Assembly (NCBI GenBank): GCA_004022145.1 | Contig: RCNU01000001.1 | Strand: one strand, 5' to 3' | DNA from: Paecilomyces variotii | Lineage: Eukaryota | Length of the DNA: 64,000 nucleotides | Shown: piece after piece, positions 39,557-52,089 of the stretch | How the letters are laid out: each line of letters begins with the position of its first letter | How positions within the stretch are numbered: the first letter of the stretch is position 1 | Translations under genes and position numbers: made by a program | Notes under the pieces: generated by a model | Databases searched by the model: none | What the model was told of the DNA's origin: nothing | What the model saw: the letters and a program-made list of their open reading frames with translations, nothing else

Positions 39557-39964
39557 CAGCGCAGAAAAGCCGCGTGCAGGTAGCCTGTCGTATCATCGGG
39601 TTTCAGCAGGTCCTTTGATTACTTGATTATCCTGATCATAGTATATAGTATAGACTATTATGATCTAGATTCTTTGCATGCTATAGGAGATCAATACGGG
39701 ATTAACTCCCCTAGATCTCGAGTCAAGCAAGCAACCTAGCGATCAGCTAATCCTAAACGGCACAAAAGCAACGGTATAACTTGAACATTCTAGCGATACA
39801 GCTAAGATGCTTGCTTGTCTTGGGCTCTAAAGAGAAGTCTATCCTATATTTACCTCCTAAATCTACAAATTACAAAGAAGGGAGGTACCTTCTATTCCGT
39901 AGAACCCGCTGTAAACGGATGATATGATACAGATAGACTAGCTGCACACGGCTTTTGTGCGCTA
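39557..39964. repeat. Degenerate long inverted repeat (foldback / decayed MITE-like element)
   Basis: Reverse complement of 39557-39611 aligns to 39903-39964, and reverse complement of 39672-39740 aligns to 39801-39869, by eye. Many differences are C>T/G>A. Confidence 0.7.
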
Positions 39965-40660
39965 AGAGTCTCTTTTGAACTTAAGCTCGAGCAGTAAATT
40001 CTTCGATATAAATAATATCTGCAGACTAGCAATACTCACTTAGATATTCTGCGCTATTATGTTATGCAAAGGGAATAGAGAGTAATGAAGCTAGCTAAGT
40101 TACAATAACTAGTTTTTATATTTTTTAAATACTATACCTCTCGCTTTGCTATAGGTGACAGATGCTGCTTACTGGGCTACCTTAGAAGAAATTACTAACA
40201 AAATGAATGAGTGACACAGAGACTAGGAGCCATTCTATAGAAAAGTTGATTTACTTATGTAGGTAGGTTAGGGGATTAAGCACACTATACTGTAAGTAGC
40301 CTGGATGTACTACGTACCGGAGAGCATTATTCTGTGCGAGTTCCACAATAGAGATTTATCTATCTTTTGCCCTTGTAAGTACTTTCTCTTGTGCTACTGT
40401 GGCTGTTATTTTGTCTCGACTCTCGCTAGGCTGCATGGTCGCTGATTATCTTATCTAATCAGTAAATTCTTGGCGCTAGCGATCAATCTGCTCCTTTCTC
40501 GGATCACTCTCAGAGTATGGCTGTTGACATCACACCAAGTTGGCACTTCTCGTCTGTTTCGCAATTCAAAGTATTCTGTATTGATTAAAAGGCTGGACTA
40601 AACGAATACAATACGAACTGTGACCTTGTATCTGACATTAACTGCGACCATTCCCATACC

Positions 40661-41823
40661 ATGTTTCCCACGCCAAGGTGCCTGGCCGCAAAACCCGCTG
40701 GATTCCTAAAGCGGAGCACACAGGAGTTGAGTCGATTGACAAGGATAGGTACGATGTTCGATCTGTCGATATAGTCTTGTCGAGTGCTTCTTATGCGGCC
40801 GTACTCACCTCTATAGCATGGAATACCGAAGCCCTTACCACACCCACGAAACCATACGATCTCCTCGACTTCGAAGACGAAACCACCGTCGCAGGCTGCA
40901 AGACGTTTGCCGATCGAGCTGTAGGTGGTTACAGTACGGCGAACCTCGACTACGTGCCTGCGAACCCTTCTACAAATACACCTGCACATGCACGCTTTCA
41001 CGGCAGTATTTCAACAAAGCTCCCTCCGAATTGGCGAGTCGAGAGAACAGGCACGTTTTTTACCATGAAATTATATTTGTTCTGGCTGTGATGTATAAAG
41101 CTAATTACGAGGTTTTACTGTGTAGGATATGCTGCGTTCCGCAACAAGGATCGCGGGCTCTGGCTCTTCGGTCGCCTTTTCTGGGACATCGACCCTTATG
41201 CCTACCTGGCTCTCCGTGTGAAGTCAGACGGACGGCGTTATACAGTCAATATCCAAACAGATTCTATTGTCGAGACCGATATCCATCAACATAGACTTTA
41301 TACGAGACATCATATACGTCAAGCACATCTACCATCGCCGCTTTCTGCCGCCACTGAAGCCTCTGAGAGAGGCGCTGCACCGGCAGCTCTCTCAGATATC
41401 CCTCCAGAATCTACAATACTATCTTCCTCCAATTCGGTGACTACATCGGGTTCTACAGGGTGGGAGACTGTTCTTCTACCGTTCAATGCCTTTGTCCGCA
41501 CCAACCACGGCTTTGTCGTCGAGCCCCAAACTTCCCTCCTTCGACAGCGTGTGAGAAGTGTGGGTATCGGGTTGACGGATCGTGTGGAGGGACCTTATGA
41601 CCTTCGCATACACAAAATATGGGCCACAAATGGTATAAGTGAAGAGGATGCCGAGGAAGAGAGAAGGATATGCGGTCCATACGCGCTGCCCGTCGACGAG
41701 GGAGTCAGAACGGGCTGGATGTCAGAAAAACCACATGAAAGGAGCTTGGAGGGGAAAGAGCTTGTTGGACAACGGCGTAAGGCTAAGGGCCTCAAGGGAC
41801 TGAGAGACGAGTGGGAGAGCTAG
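40661..41823 (+). CDS. CIA30: Complex I intermediate-associated protein CIA30 (NDUFAF1), 3 exons
   Basis: ADRAVGGYSTANLD, HARFHGSISTKLP, GYAAFRN, YLALRVKSDGRRYTVNIQTD, SVGIGLTDRVEGPYDLRI. Confidence 0.92.
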
Positions 41824-41878
41824 CGCCCAAGCCTTGTTCATGGCTTTAATGCTCAAGATGCTAAGCGGACAATAATAT

Positions 41879-41928
41879 AAACACTCGTAGAGCTCACATA
41901 TTAAAACACTCGTAGAGCTCACATATTA
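41879..41928. repeat. Perfect 25-bp tandem duplication between convergent CIA30 and ADE1
   Basis: AAACACTCGTAGAGCTCACATATTA x2. Confidence 0.9.
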
Positions 41929-42102
41929 GAACGAGTGGCGTGAACCAATGTCCACGTGCCCAGTCCGCAGCTTGTAAGGAGCTGTATACCTACACGCTTA
42001 TGATGGATACTATGTCATAGGAGACTGGTGATTTTCATGCATATATTCAAACGGCATTGTTGCACGAAATCTTGCTGTTCAATGCCCGTTGACAATAGTT
42101 TT

Positions 42103-43133
42103 TCATTGACCTCCAGTTATCTTCTCCCACGCTTCCCGGTACTTTTCCTCTGTCCTCTTCACGATCTCTTCGGGCATACACACCCCTTCCTTACCCTTCA
42201 GCCCTTCCTTGACTAGCCAGTCGCGAAGGAACTGCTTATCAAAGCTATCTTGGCCGCGTCCAACTTGATAGGAGCTCGCAGGCCAGAATCGCGACGAGTC
42301 GGGGGTCAGAACCTCATCCACCAGGACGACCTCGTCCGTTTCCTCGTCATGACCAAATTCAAATTTTGTGTCCGCAATGATAAGACCACGAGACAGAGCG
42401 TATGCGTGTGCGGTTTTGTATAGTTGAAGGGCAAGTGATTCGATCTTAGAGGCGTAAGGCTCTCCAACTATCTTAGCGGCTGTTGTTCGCAAACAACTAT
42501 TAGCATATATTATTTGTAATAAAGGTACAAGCTTCAAACCTTGGTCAGGATGAATGTTTTCATCGTGGCCTCCCAACTCCGCCTTCGTGCTGGGAGTGTA
42601 GATCGGACCGTTTGGGAATTCCTGGCTCTCCTGCAATCCAGCTGGGACTTTGATCCCATGCACGGTTCCAGACGTCTGGTATTCTTTCCACGCTGATCCA
42701 GTGATGTAGCCACGGACAATCGCTTCGATGGGAAAGACCTTCAGTTTGCGAACCTGCATACTACGATTCTGCAGCGTCGGCCGGAGTGACTCCGGAATCT
42801 GAGGGGGAAGATCGAGAGTAATGAAGTGGGTACGCAGAGAGGGAATGGCGTCTGTAAGAACCTTGAACCATGTTTTGGTGCAGAGAGTCAGAAGAACACC
42901 CTTAGAAGGAATACCCTGCAGAGGATGAAGGCGTCAGTATGTAATCAGACTGGCATCGGAAGATAACTGTATCGTGAACATACGTTTTCCATAATGACAT
43001 CGTACGCAGAAATACGATCTGTTGCAATGAAAAGAAGTGTCTTGTCATTAACTTCGTATAAATCTCGCACCTTTCCTCGAGCAATTAAGGGCAATACGCC
43101 CCCGAGATCTGTCGTCGTGAGCACCTGGCTCAT
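42103..43133 (-). CDS. ADE1: SAICAR synthetase, 3 exons
   Basis: [66 protein letters not shown]. Confidence 0.97.
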
Positions 43134-43660
43134 TTTGGACTAAGACCTGGGAGGTTAATAGAATCAAATTGACAGACGATAAGATGACCTGGATCCCTAG
43201 AACTTGAATAAATGGATTCTCTTTTTTTTCACCACTGTATACCAAAGTTGTATCTTGGGATTCTTTGACGATAGAAATGGCAAAGCGCTTTTTTTCGCTC
43301 TGCCCTTTCGGCGGGGTGTGCCCCACATCTGTAGCCTAGCTTTTAAGGCACATACATTTCCGCTGATCCACAGCCAAACTAGGCGCGTATTGAGACATCC
43401 ATATTATCTAAATTGTTTAAGTACCAGACGCGTATCGAGCTTTCAGCCGTGATCGATACAGGAGTGATTAGCCATATCTCTTTGCGAAGCTGACTCGGTA
43501 TTGCTTTTCCTTACATTAACATTACGAGCTGGCGCACTTCCATTGAAACAGACTCTTTCGCGGCTTTAAGTGCAAGGTACGTATTTACTAGGGAATGTAG
43601 GCACTTGCCCTCTCTCCCTAAGGGAAGAATAAGCCAACAGCCTATGACCTTACCTTGAAA

Positions 43661-46263
43661 ATGAGTCGCTACCTGACCCCCTCAAAGGTCGCGCTGTTGT
43701 GCGTGATCTCGGTCTATGTTGAAGGAACCGTCCCCAATTCCTCCGCTATACCAGTTCTCTCATTTGTTGTCTCCAACCTGTTTCCTCCAGACCATACAGA
43801 AAATGGTCCATTCAAATGGGATATGCATCATGCTGTGTCGATCGATCAATTCTACGAGGCGTTATCAGCCCATGTATCTTCGATACCTGGTCGCTCAGTC
43901 TGGGATATTTTCCTCAAGAAGATATGGTCAATAGACAGCTGCGATGCTCTACAGAGCTATTTCGAAAATATATCTTCGATGCTCGTCAAGACGCGAGAGG
44001 AGCAGCTTCGCGATAGAGATGATGGTATCGCTCCAGAAACGGGCCGGATGCTGCTCTCACGGTCATCGCCTCTAGGCGTATTTGTGAGAAGAGCTCAATT
44101 GGAATTCACAAGGCTTCAATTCCATGACTCAGTGAATTTATGGAAGGGGTTTATCAAGTATCGCCTGGAAACATACCGCGCGTGGGCTAGGAAGAACCCG
44201 TCAGCTGAGCAGACGGCTGTTGATATCAATCTTCTGGAGCTAGGACTTGCTCCCAGCAGCCCACTGGCGCAGGTGATGTACGATAACATCATGGAAGGAT
44301 CGGAAGATGATATAATTGTCAGTACGAAAGATGTAGAAAGACTGTTAGAGTTCCAAGTTGGGGAATTGCAAAGTACGGCCGTATCTCTTTTCTGCAAGGG
44401 CTTTGCTAATGGGACACAGGACTTGGAGGACGAGTGCCTGACGAAGTGAAAGTTCAACTTGAACGTATAATCTCGTCCGGGGTTACCATTCCAAGTCTAT
44501 CTCATTACCTCCGGTATGTTACTCTACCATATCCTTGGCCATTCAAGCGGCTGACAGTCTAGATTTCTCGACTCCTGGAGGGCAGGGGACTATTTATCTG
44601 CTTTCGACAATCTTCACCGTTACTTCGACTATACAATGCACAGTCATGATCGCAGCTTTTATCAGTACGCATTGCTAAACCTTGCTATCCTACAGGCAGA
44701 CTTCTCTTGTTACAGCGAAGCTATATCTGCGATGCAGGAGGCTATCTCCATTGCGCGAGAATCGCACGACATGAACTGTTTAAATTTCTGCATGAGCTGG
44801 CTTTATCACTTTGGAAAAGCATTCCCGCAGGAGATGGCGGGTGTCCAGAATGCCGGCCGCCTTGGGACAGAAAAAGAGGGCCTAGCCTTCCTGAAGGCGA
44901 AGGCAAAGGAGACGGAAATGTGGAGCCTTTTGAGCACAACACTTCTGAGTGAAGCAAAACTGCAGGCTCAACGGGTATTTATCTCGATATTTGCTTATGC
45001 TCTTCAGCCAGCTGACTACATATACAGGGCGAAGGGCTTGCATTGGCTTTTGAGAATATTGTCAAGGCCTCCCATCTTAACGTAACGAAGCACTTGAAGA
45101 ACTCGATGGGTCCTTTATTGTTGCTCCAGATTTCACTGTTCGCTAGGATAGGTATGAAAGCCGCAGGTGCTTTCTATAATAGACTAAGCTGACTACTTGT
45201 AGGTCTCACACATCTATCGTGGATACAGTGTGAGGTTTTCCGTGAATGTTACGCGGATAAGGCTTTACTTGAGGACTTGCTTAGGAGCATCTTCCGAAGC
45301 TGTCAGATAGTAAGTATCAAACTTCCACCAGAGCAAAACAATCACTAACATATCTGAAGCTCGCACAAAAAGGTTGTTATAAGGAGGCCATAGCACGCGT
45401 CAATGAGATCTCGCCAGAGATACTTCGCTCAATGAAAGCAAACCAGCATTGGATATATCTCTCAGGTATCCTAGAATTGAAGAGACAACTACATAGGTAA
45501 GACGGTCTATTCTATATTCGGGCATGCTTACCTGACCATTCCTAGAAACAACATAGAATCTGCTGAGAGTTTGTTGTCACAACTTCAATCCATCCAGCTC
45601 CCCGATGTGGACATATCCAGCAATCTTACTCTTCTCGAAATCGAACTCAGCGGCCGGAAGGGAGAATACGGACACACCTTACAGTTAGTTGAAGATGCTG
45701 CGCAGCCTTCACAAGAGGAAAATTTCGACATAGTTTCGCAAGTCAAGTTGCTATGCCTGAAAGTCCAATTTCTGATCAAAATGGGCCAGCCGCATCGTGG
45801 GTTATCGTTAGCCGTTAGAGCGACCAGCATCGCACACCGATCGAGAGTGTTGGCTGGCCTCTGGGAAGCGCTTTGTGCTCTCGCAAGCGTACTCCTCCAC
45901 CTGGAGGAATTCGAAGCATGCGCTGAAATAGTGGAAAGCATTATGCCACAGATCCTTGAAGTTGAAGATAGTGATCTAGCCGCGCGTTCCTATTCGCTCC
46001 TAGCAGACGCGAACATGGGACTTGCAGGAAAACTGTTGAAAGATGGAAACGGAGACCCAGCTGGGAAAGATTATATGACCCGTGCCCTCGAATATCTCCA
46101 CAGCGCTTGTGATGGCTTCGAGGATATCGAGAACCTGACTGGGCAATGCGAGACGGTGGCGAAGAAAGCGACAATCATGCACCTGTCTGGAGATCTCTTG
46201 TTGGCGAATGATTACGCTGCGAAGTATCTGGATCTTAGAAAGCAAAGCGGTGATACAGCATAA
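43661..46263 (+). CDS. APC5: Anaphase-promoting complex subunit 5, multi-exon
   Basis: MSRYLTPSK start, SPLGVFVRRAQLEF, AFDNLHRYFDY...YQYALLNLAILQADF...EAISIARE (Apc5 TPR). APC5 is a known neighbour of the MAT region in Pezizomycotina. Confidence 0.92.
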
Positions 46264-46664
46264 CAGACTTCATTGCTAGCAATTGCTACAAATGCTACAA
46301 ATGCGATTCTATATCGCAGCTCTAATGTGATTCAGCTTAAATAACGCGAAACGTTTCTCAGATTTATCATATTCCTATATCACCCGATACCAAGTCAGTC
46401 CTGGATAATGTCTTTCCAATTTTCTCAAGTTCAACTATTTTAAGAATCACCCACAGCTTCTTCTTTCATTAAATCTTTCTGAACCCCAGTATTCAATGCC
46501 TGGTTGCCTCCACTGACTCTTCATCTTCGATCTCACTTATCGCTCAAGAGCCAGGGTGACTGTCGTCAGAATCTCTTCCCCCTCTCTTTATGTACATTTA
46601 TCCAAGCCATTCACCTCGTCATATAGGAGAATGAAATGCATTTCAGATATGTTTCTTCTTGGCT

Positions 46665-46705
46665 TCTCTCTCTCTCACACTCTCACACACACACACACAC
46701 ACACA
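46665..46705. repeat. Compound (TC)n(AC)n microsatellite
   Basis: tctctctctctcacactctcacacacacacacacacacaca directly visible. Confidence 0.85.
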
Positions 46706-47425
46706 AATGACCTCTCTAATATCAAAATAAGACACGTTATGGAGCTGAGGCTTTGAACAGACAGCTCTTGACTCACTAAATCTACTATGGCTCTTCCCGC
46801 TACTTCTTGCCTTCGAGGCCTCCTGCTCTTTCTTGATTATTCAAAACTCCAAGATCCGCTCGTGCGTACGGAAACAAATTGTCTTGCGTCGGTTTTTTGT
46901 TGGATATTATAACATCCACCCTCTACGAAATTTGCAGTATCATCTCGGTTGACTGGTCTGCTTGGTTACTACCCCTTCTGGCTAAGGTAATTAACTTATT
47001 ACTCCGGATTAGTACCACACCGTGGACACAACAGAAGCGAAATTGGCGTCTGAACGTGAGATTGATTATTGTCACCTATGAATGACCTCTTACTAGTTCT
47101 GCTAACAACTTGTGATTCGGGCTCTCATCTAGCGCTGCAGACGAACGTGAGATATCTACATCGAGTTCCGGCGGTTGGGAACTTCTAGGATTCTACAAAA
47201 GATGGATGTGAATGACTCTTCTTGTACATTGCTTGGTCCACTGACAAATTACATAGGAAAGACGGAAAGTGTGTGCAGATGAAATTCATCGTCCGGTACT
47301 CTACTTTCCCCTGCGTCATCCACGCTACCTCTACTCTGATTTGAGTGCGTCAGAATTCACATTCAGCTTCATACCCGAAAGATTCGACATCTGGGTAATC
47401 GTTGAAAGTTGGAGGCTGGAGGCAC

Positions 47426-48234
47426 TTAAGCGGCCTTGTCCTTGTTGTGGTAGTTGACAGAGGGGTTCCAGCTATACCATCGTTAGCAAATTGAAGCCCA
47501 AAATCTATCAAGCGCACAATTTTTGTCGAGAAAGTTGCGACGCATATAATGCACATCTGCACATCATCGTCGACAGCAGCGAGCGTTGTGTGTGATCAAA
47601 AATCAACTATGCGAAAAAAACAACAATACTTACAAGAACGTCTAGGGGTTCCACGAAGTCAGCGACAGCATCATTATACGATTATGCTTATACGAGGCTG
47701 GTCACTTACCTTGTCGCCATCGCCCCAGGGGAAGTTCTTGGTGCGGATGTTTTGATAAGCATACTCGGTACGCTCCTCAAGTGGGGGCATGTGCTCCCAG
47801 TGCTCCCAGTGCTCATTCCAAAGGTTGTAGGCATTGATGCCACCGAGGATCAGGCAGGGAACGACAGCGCTATTTCATTGTGAGCCTATTGCTAACTTCA
47901 ATAGTTTTCGGGCCTCCGGCTCCTGCTTTGGCTAGGTGACATACTAGATAGAGAGCTTTCTCCAGAGGTCTGGCAAGCATTGAATTAGTAATGAGGCATT
48001 GTGATACATATGAAGCCGCCGGGAACCATAAGAGATATTGCGCAACTCACCACTAGTGGCAGCAGCGTGTTCCTTGACGGCTGCACGCTCACGGTTGAAC
48101 TCATTGTCGACCACCCACGGAAGCTTGGGCTCGGAGCTGTTGAAGCGTCTCTGGACAGCATTGCGAGCAGGAGATGCCCGCAGCTGCTGAGCAGCGCGCT
48201 GGGATAGACGGAGGACACTGCGTTGAGAAAGCAT
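47426..48234 (-). CDS. COX13: Cytochrome c oxidase subunit VIa, 5 exons including an 8-nt microexon (47634-47641)
   Basis: NEFNRERAAVKEHAAATSDLWRKLS...EHWEHWEHMPPLEERTEYAYQNIRTKNFPWGDGDKTFFWNPSVNYH. Confidence 0.95.
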
Positions 48235-48574
48235 GGTTACGGTCAGTCGAAGTGTGAAGTGAAGCGTCGTCGGGATCGCTGGAGGTTTCAATGTTTGACG
48301 AACTCGAAGTGAGCCGTTTAGCGTTCCCGTGATTCGCCGGAGGGCCGGAAAGGGCGACTTCTGCTTACATAATCGGAGTGGCCTGATGTCACCGCTCTCC
48401 AGCATCACGTGCATCTTGGCACGCGAAAGATATACCAACCTCGACATCTGCGCGTCACTGGCTGTTGCCCAAGACAAAGCTTTAAAGAGTGGCATCCTTC
48501 TTCATTACCACTGGGACGCGGCTTGTTGCCGTATATGGGGGAGATATGCAGTCCTGGGGCCGCAGACGGTGAAG

Positions 48575-50796
48575 ATGGGGTTCCGTATTGTCACCTGGAA
48601 TGGTAAGTCGTATACATGTCCTTTCTGAGTGCATTACGTATCGAGATGCATTTCTCGTCTAATCATACATGCTAACTATGGCTTTAGTCAATGGTATCCG
48701 GTAAGAAGCACCGCACACACTTGTTACCACTGTGATTCTGGCCGAAGTATTGCTCTAACTCCTACGTAGAAACCCGTTCGGATACCAACCTTGGCGCGAT
48801 AAACGTACATTCGAGGCGAGTGCCTAATCTTGTTAATGCGCAACAGTACGCTAATCGTCAAGTGTGAAGGCTATGTTCGATGTCCTCGAAGCAGATGTCG
48901 TCGTGTTTGAGGAGACCAAAATACAGAGAAAGGACCTGCGGGATGATATGGTATTAGTGTCGGGATGGGACTGCTATTTTAGTCTCCCGAAAATCAAGAA
49001 AGGTCAGTCATGCCGAAGCCGCAGAATGATCTGAAAGTGACATAGTGCAGGCTATTCTGGTGTGGTAATATACACTCGCAATGCGACATGTACACCTGTA
49101 CGCGCAGAAGAAGGCGTGACCGGGATCCTCAATAGACCGGGCTCTTCCACCCCTTATCGTGATCTTCCTGAGGATCAACAGATCGGAGGCTATCCAACTG
49201 CAGAGCAACTGAGTGAATACGAGGTCGATGCCGCTTCACTTGACTCGGAAGGTCGTTGCGTGGTTCTCGAGTTTCCTGCGTTTGTCCTGCTGGGTGTTTA
49301 CTGTCCTGCCAACCGGGATGAGACCCGCGATGGATTTCGTCTGAGCTTCTTAAATGCCTTAGATTCTCGTATACGGAATCTTGTGGCTAGCGGGAAGAGA
49401 GTGGTTTTGACTGGTGATATCAACATTTCGAGAGCTGAGATTGACGCGGCGCACGCCACAGAAGCTGTTCGGAAACAGAAACTGACCGAAGACGAATTCG
49501 TTTCATCACCAGCGCGACGTATCTTTAATCAACTGGTGTTGGATGGGAAAGTCATTGGCCCTAGAGACGAGGGTAGGGAGAAACCTGTGCTTTACGATAT
49601 ATGCAGGGCTTTCCATCCTGACCGTCGGGGCATGTATACGTGCTGGGAACAGAAGATCAATGCTAGACCGGGAAACTATGGCTCAAGAATTGATTACGTT
49701 CTTTGTAGCCTGGACATGAAGGACTGGTTCTTCAGTGCAGATATACAACCAGGACTTATGGTACGCTTCTCTCGGGATCCAGTGATATATTGCTAACGTT
49801 TCTGGAGGGCTCTGATCATTGCCCTGTGTATGCAGTACTCAAAGATGTTGTTCCATTTGGCGGAACCGACGTGGATATTCGGGACATCATGAACCCACCT
49901 GGGACATTTGTGAACGGAAAACGCCAACGAGAATATTCGACGAGGGACCAACTGCCGCTGTCGGGACGATTAATTCCAGAATTTGATAGACGAAGGAGTA
50001 TCAAGGACATGTTTTCCCGTAGAGCACCTGCGTCTGGGGGACGGTCTCCGGTCTCTCTCCCGCCACAGCCGAGCCAGGACCCAATAAACAAGACGGTGCC
50101 ACCACCAGCGGCACAGCACAACCTAGATAGCGCAGGGGTTCCAAAAGATTGGATCACAAGCTCTAGTTCTCAAAGGCTACCCAAGCGTGATGCTAGCCCT
50201 CCAGCTGGGAATGTTGATACTGCTGGATTCCGTCCGGTCAAGAGATCTAAATCTGCCACTGGTGCTGCTCCTGGGGCATCTACTAAAAGCCAGCAGAGTT
50301 TAAGGGGCTATTTCAAGTCCAGGCGGGATGAAACTGAAGCAACAGGTGGTTCATGAGGCCCGCAGGAAAGTGTACCGATAGCTGACCTCGGTGTCTATAT
50401 GCAGTGACGCGGCCATCCTTATTGCGAGCATCGACCGGTATAGCAAATTCTGTAGAGCTAAAGGACGGCCCGTCAACAAAAACGTCTGCCGCCCCTCTTG
50501 AAAAGAGTACATGTGCCACGAGTTCCGATAAGACATCTTCAGAGGCCACCGCTATTATTGATCCCATCGTCAGCAAAGAGTGTTGGGCAAAGTTATTCAA
50601 CAAAAAGCCTCCACCTAAATGCGAGGATCACCAAGAGCCCTGCATCAGTATGGTTACCAAGAAGCCAGGTATTAACCGTGGTAGGATGTTCTGGATGTGT
50701 CCTAGGCCGCTTGGACCTAGCGGGACCAAGGAAAAGGGGACACAGTGGCGTTGCTCGACTTTCATTTGGGCGAGCGACTGGAACTCTCCAGACTAA
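48575..50796 (+). CDS. APN2: AP endonuclease/DNA lyase Apn2 with C-terminal GRF zinc finger, multi-exon
   Basis: MGFRIVTWNVNGIR, DSEGRCVVLEF, VVLTGDIN, NYGSRIDY, GSDHCPV, CEDHQEPC...GRMFWMCPRP...WRCSTFIW. Canonical MAT flank. Confidence 0.96.
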
Positions 50797-52089
50797 TCCA
50801 GAAAGCTGTACGGCATGGATAAACGTATTTTAATTAGAGACATGCGGTATCGTGTTTGCTGGCATCGGTAACGGGCTTGTGGAATAAGGGCCGACTTCTA
50901 TGAGAGGAAGTCAGACTATCTTGGCATTCTTCAGTGAGCAGTCACGGCTCCAGCAGAACACCTATTTTGACAAATACCAGAATTGTCATCTTCGACATTG
51001 TTGATACGGAACAGAAAAAATCCCTCGCATAATTACTAACAATCTCTATGGTATCTCATGACATCAGTGCATTCCGCGCGCGCTCGCCAGGTTCAGTTGC
51101 GCATAGGATATATCACTTTGAGTCTCAAGAAAAACGGCATAATAGATAGACACTAGAGGCGCTAATAAATCACAGCTAAATCAGTCTGCGTTCTACTCTC
51201 CAACTGCATTTGCATATGACAGTATACCAATATTACAATGATAATGTACCGATAATTGAAACCTCTTCTGGAAAGAATGCATAGCTTGACTTTATCGCAA
51301 CAGAAACACGATTTTACATACAGGGATATTAACTATGAAGATTTACTTCGGAAAACAGCACAACAGTGTAAGTAACAGCATACGAGCCTTAAACCACAGT
51401 GAATGGGATGGGACGTTAATGCCTCTTGGATATAGGTTCCTGCGCAGACAACACGAAGTGATTCGCTAGAAGCCCGACATCTTTTAACACGGTGCTGGTT
51501 CCGAGTGTCTAGATGATCCGTTTCCCTAAACAAAATATATCTGATGCTATGCCGTTTGTTAGAATCAGCGTACGAAATCATTACTTGCTAAAGGGTGCTT
51601 GTCTCCCTATGTGTCCTAGTATTTGAACATCAAGTCGAGCAATCGATTTTTTGGGCTGGTGGCCACATTTAGCGGTCATAAAGTCTCCGTCATTGACACC
51701 TGTGAATCTTTGTGACGGTAAGATATCTCACTGAAGCTTGCGGACTCTGTCAAAAGCTATTGTTACCTCCGTAGACAAGACTTAAAGTCAACGACCCGAG
51801 GGACAATAAGATACCAAATGTTTAGATCATATTCGTCCTTCGTGCTTATTTAATTTGTAGTACGCTATCCATCTCGCTTAAAATGGCATAAAAGATTTAT
51901 TAGACACATGTATATGTGCAGAGTCATTTGATAATGTTAGTCCCCTTGGGACTTATAGTAATAATTCCCTGACATAATGATACTGTTGAGAATATTCTTC
52001 GCAATTTCGTGAATATTAGAACGCAAATGCGCCTGCGATCTTTTCTTCCTGCCCTCGGGGCTGTGATCTCAAAACATTCCAGAATTCGA

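Noticed and set aside
50346-50404. Apparent premature stop in APN2 at 50354-50356
   Set aside because: The stop falls inside a GT...CTGAC...CAG intron (50346-50404); splicing restores the frame into the GRF zinc finger.
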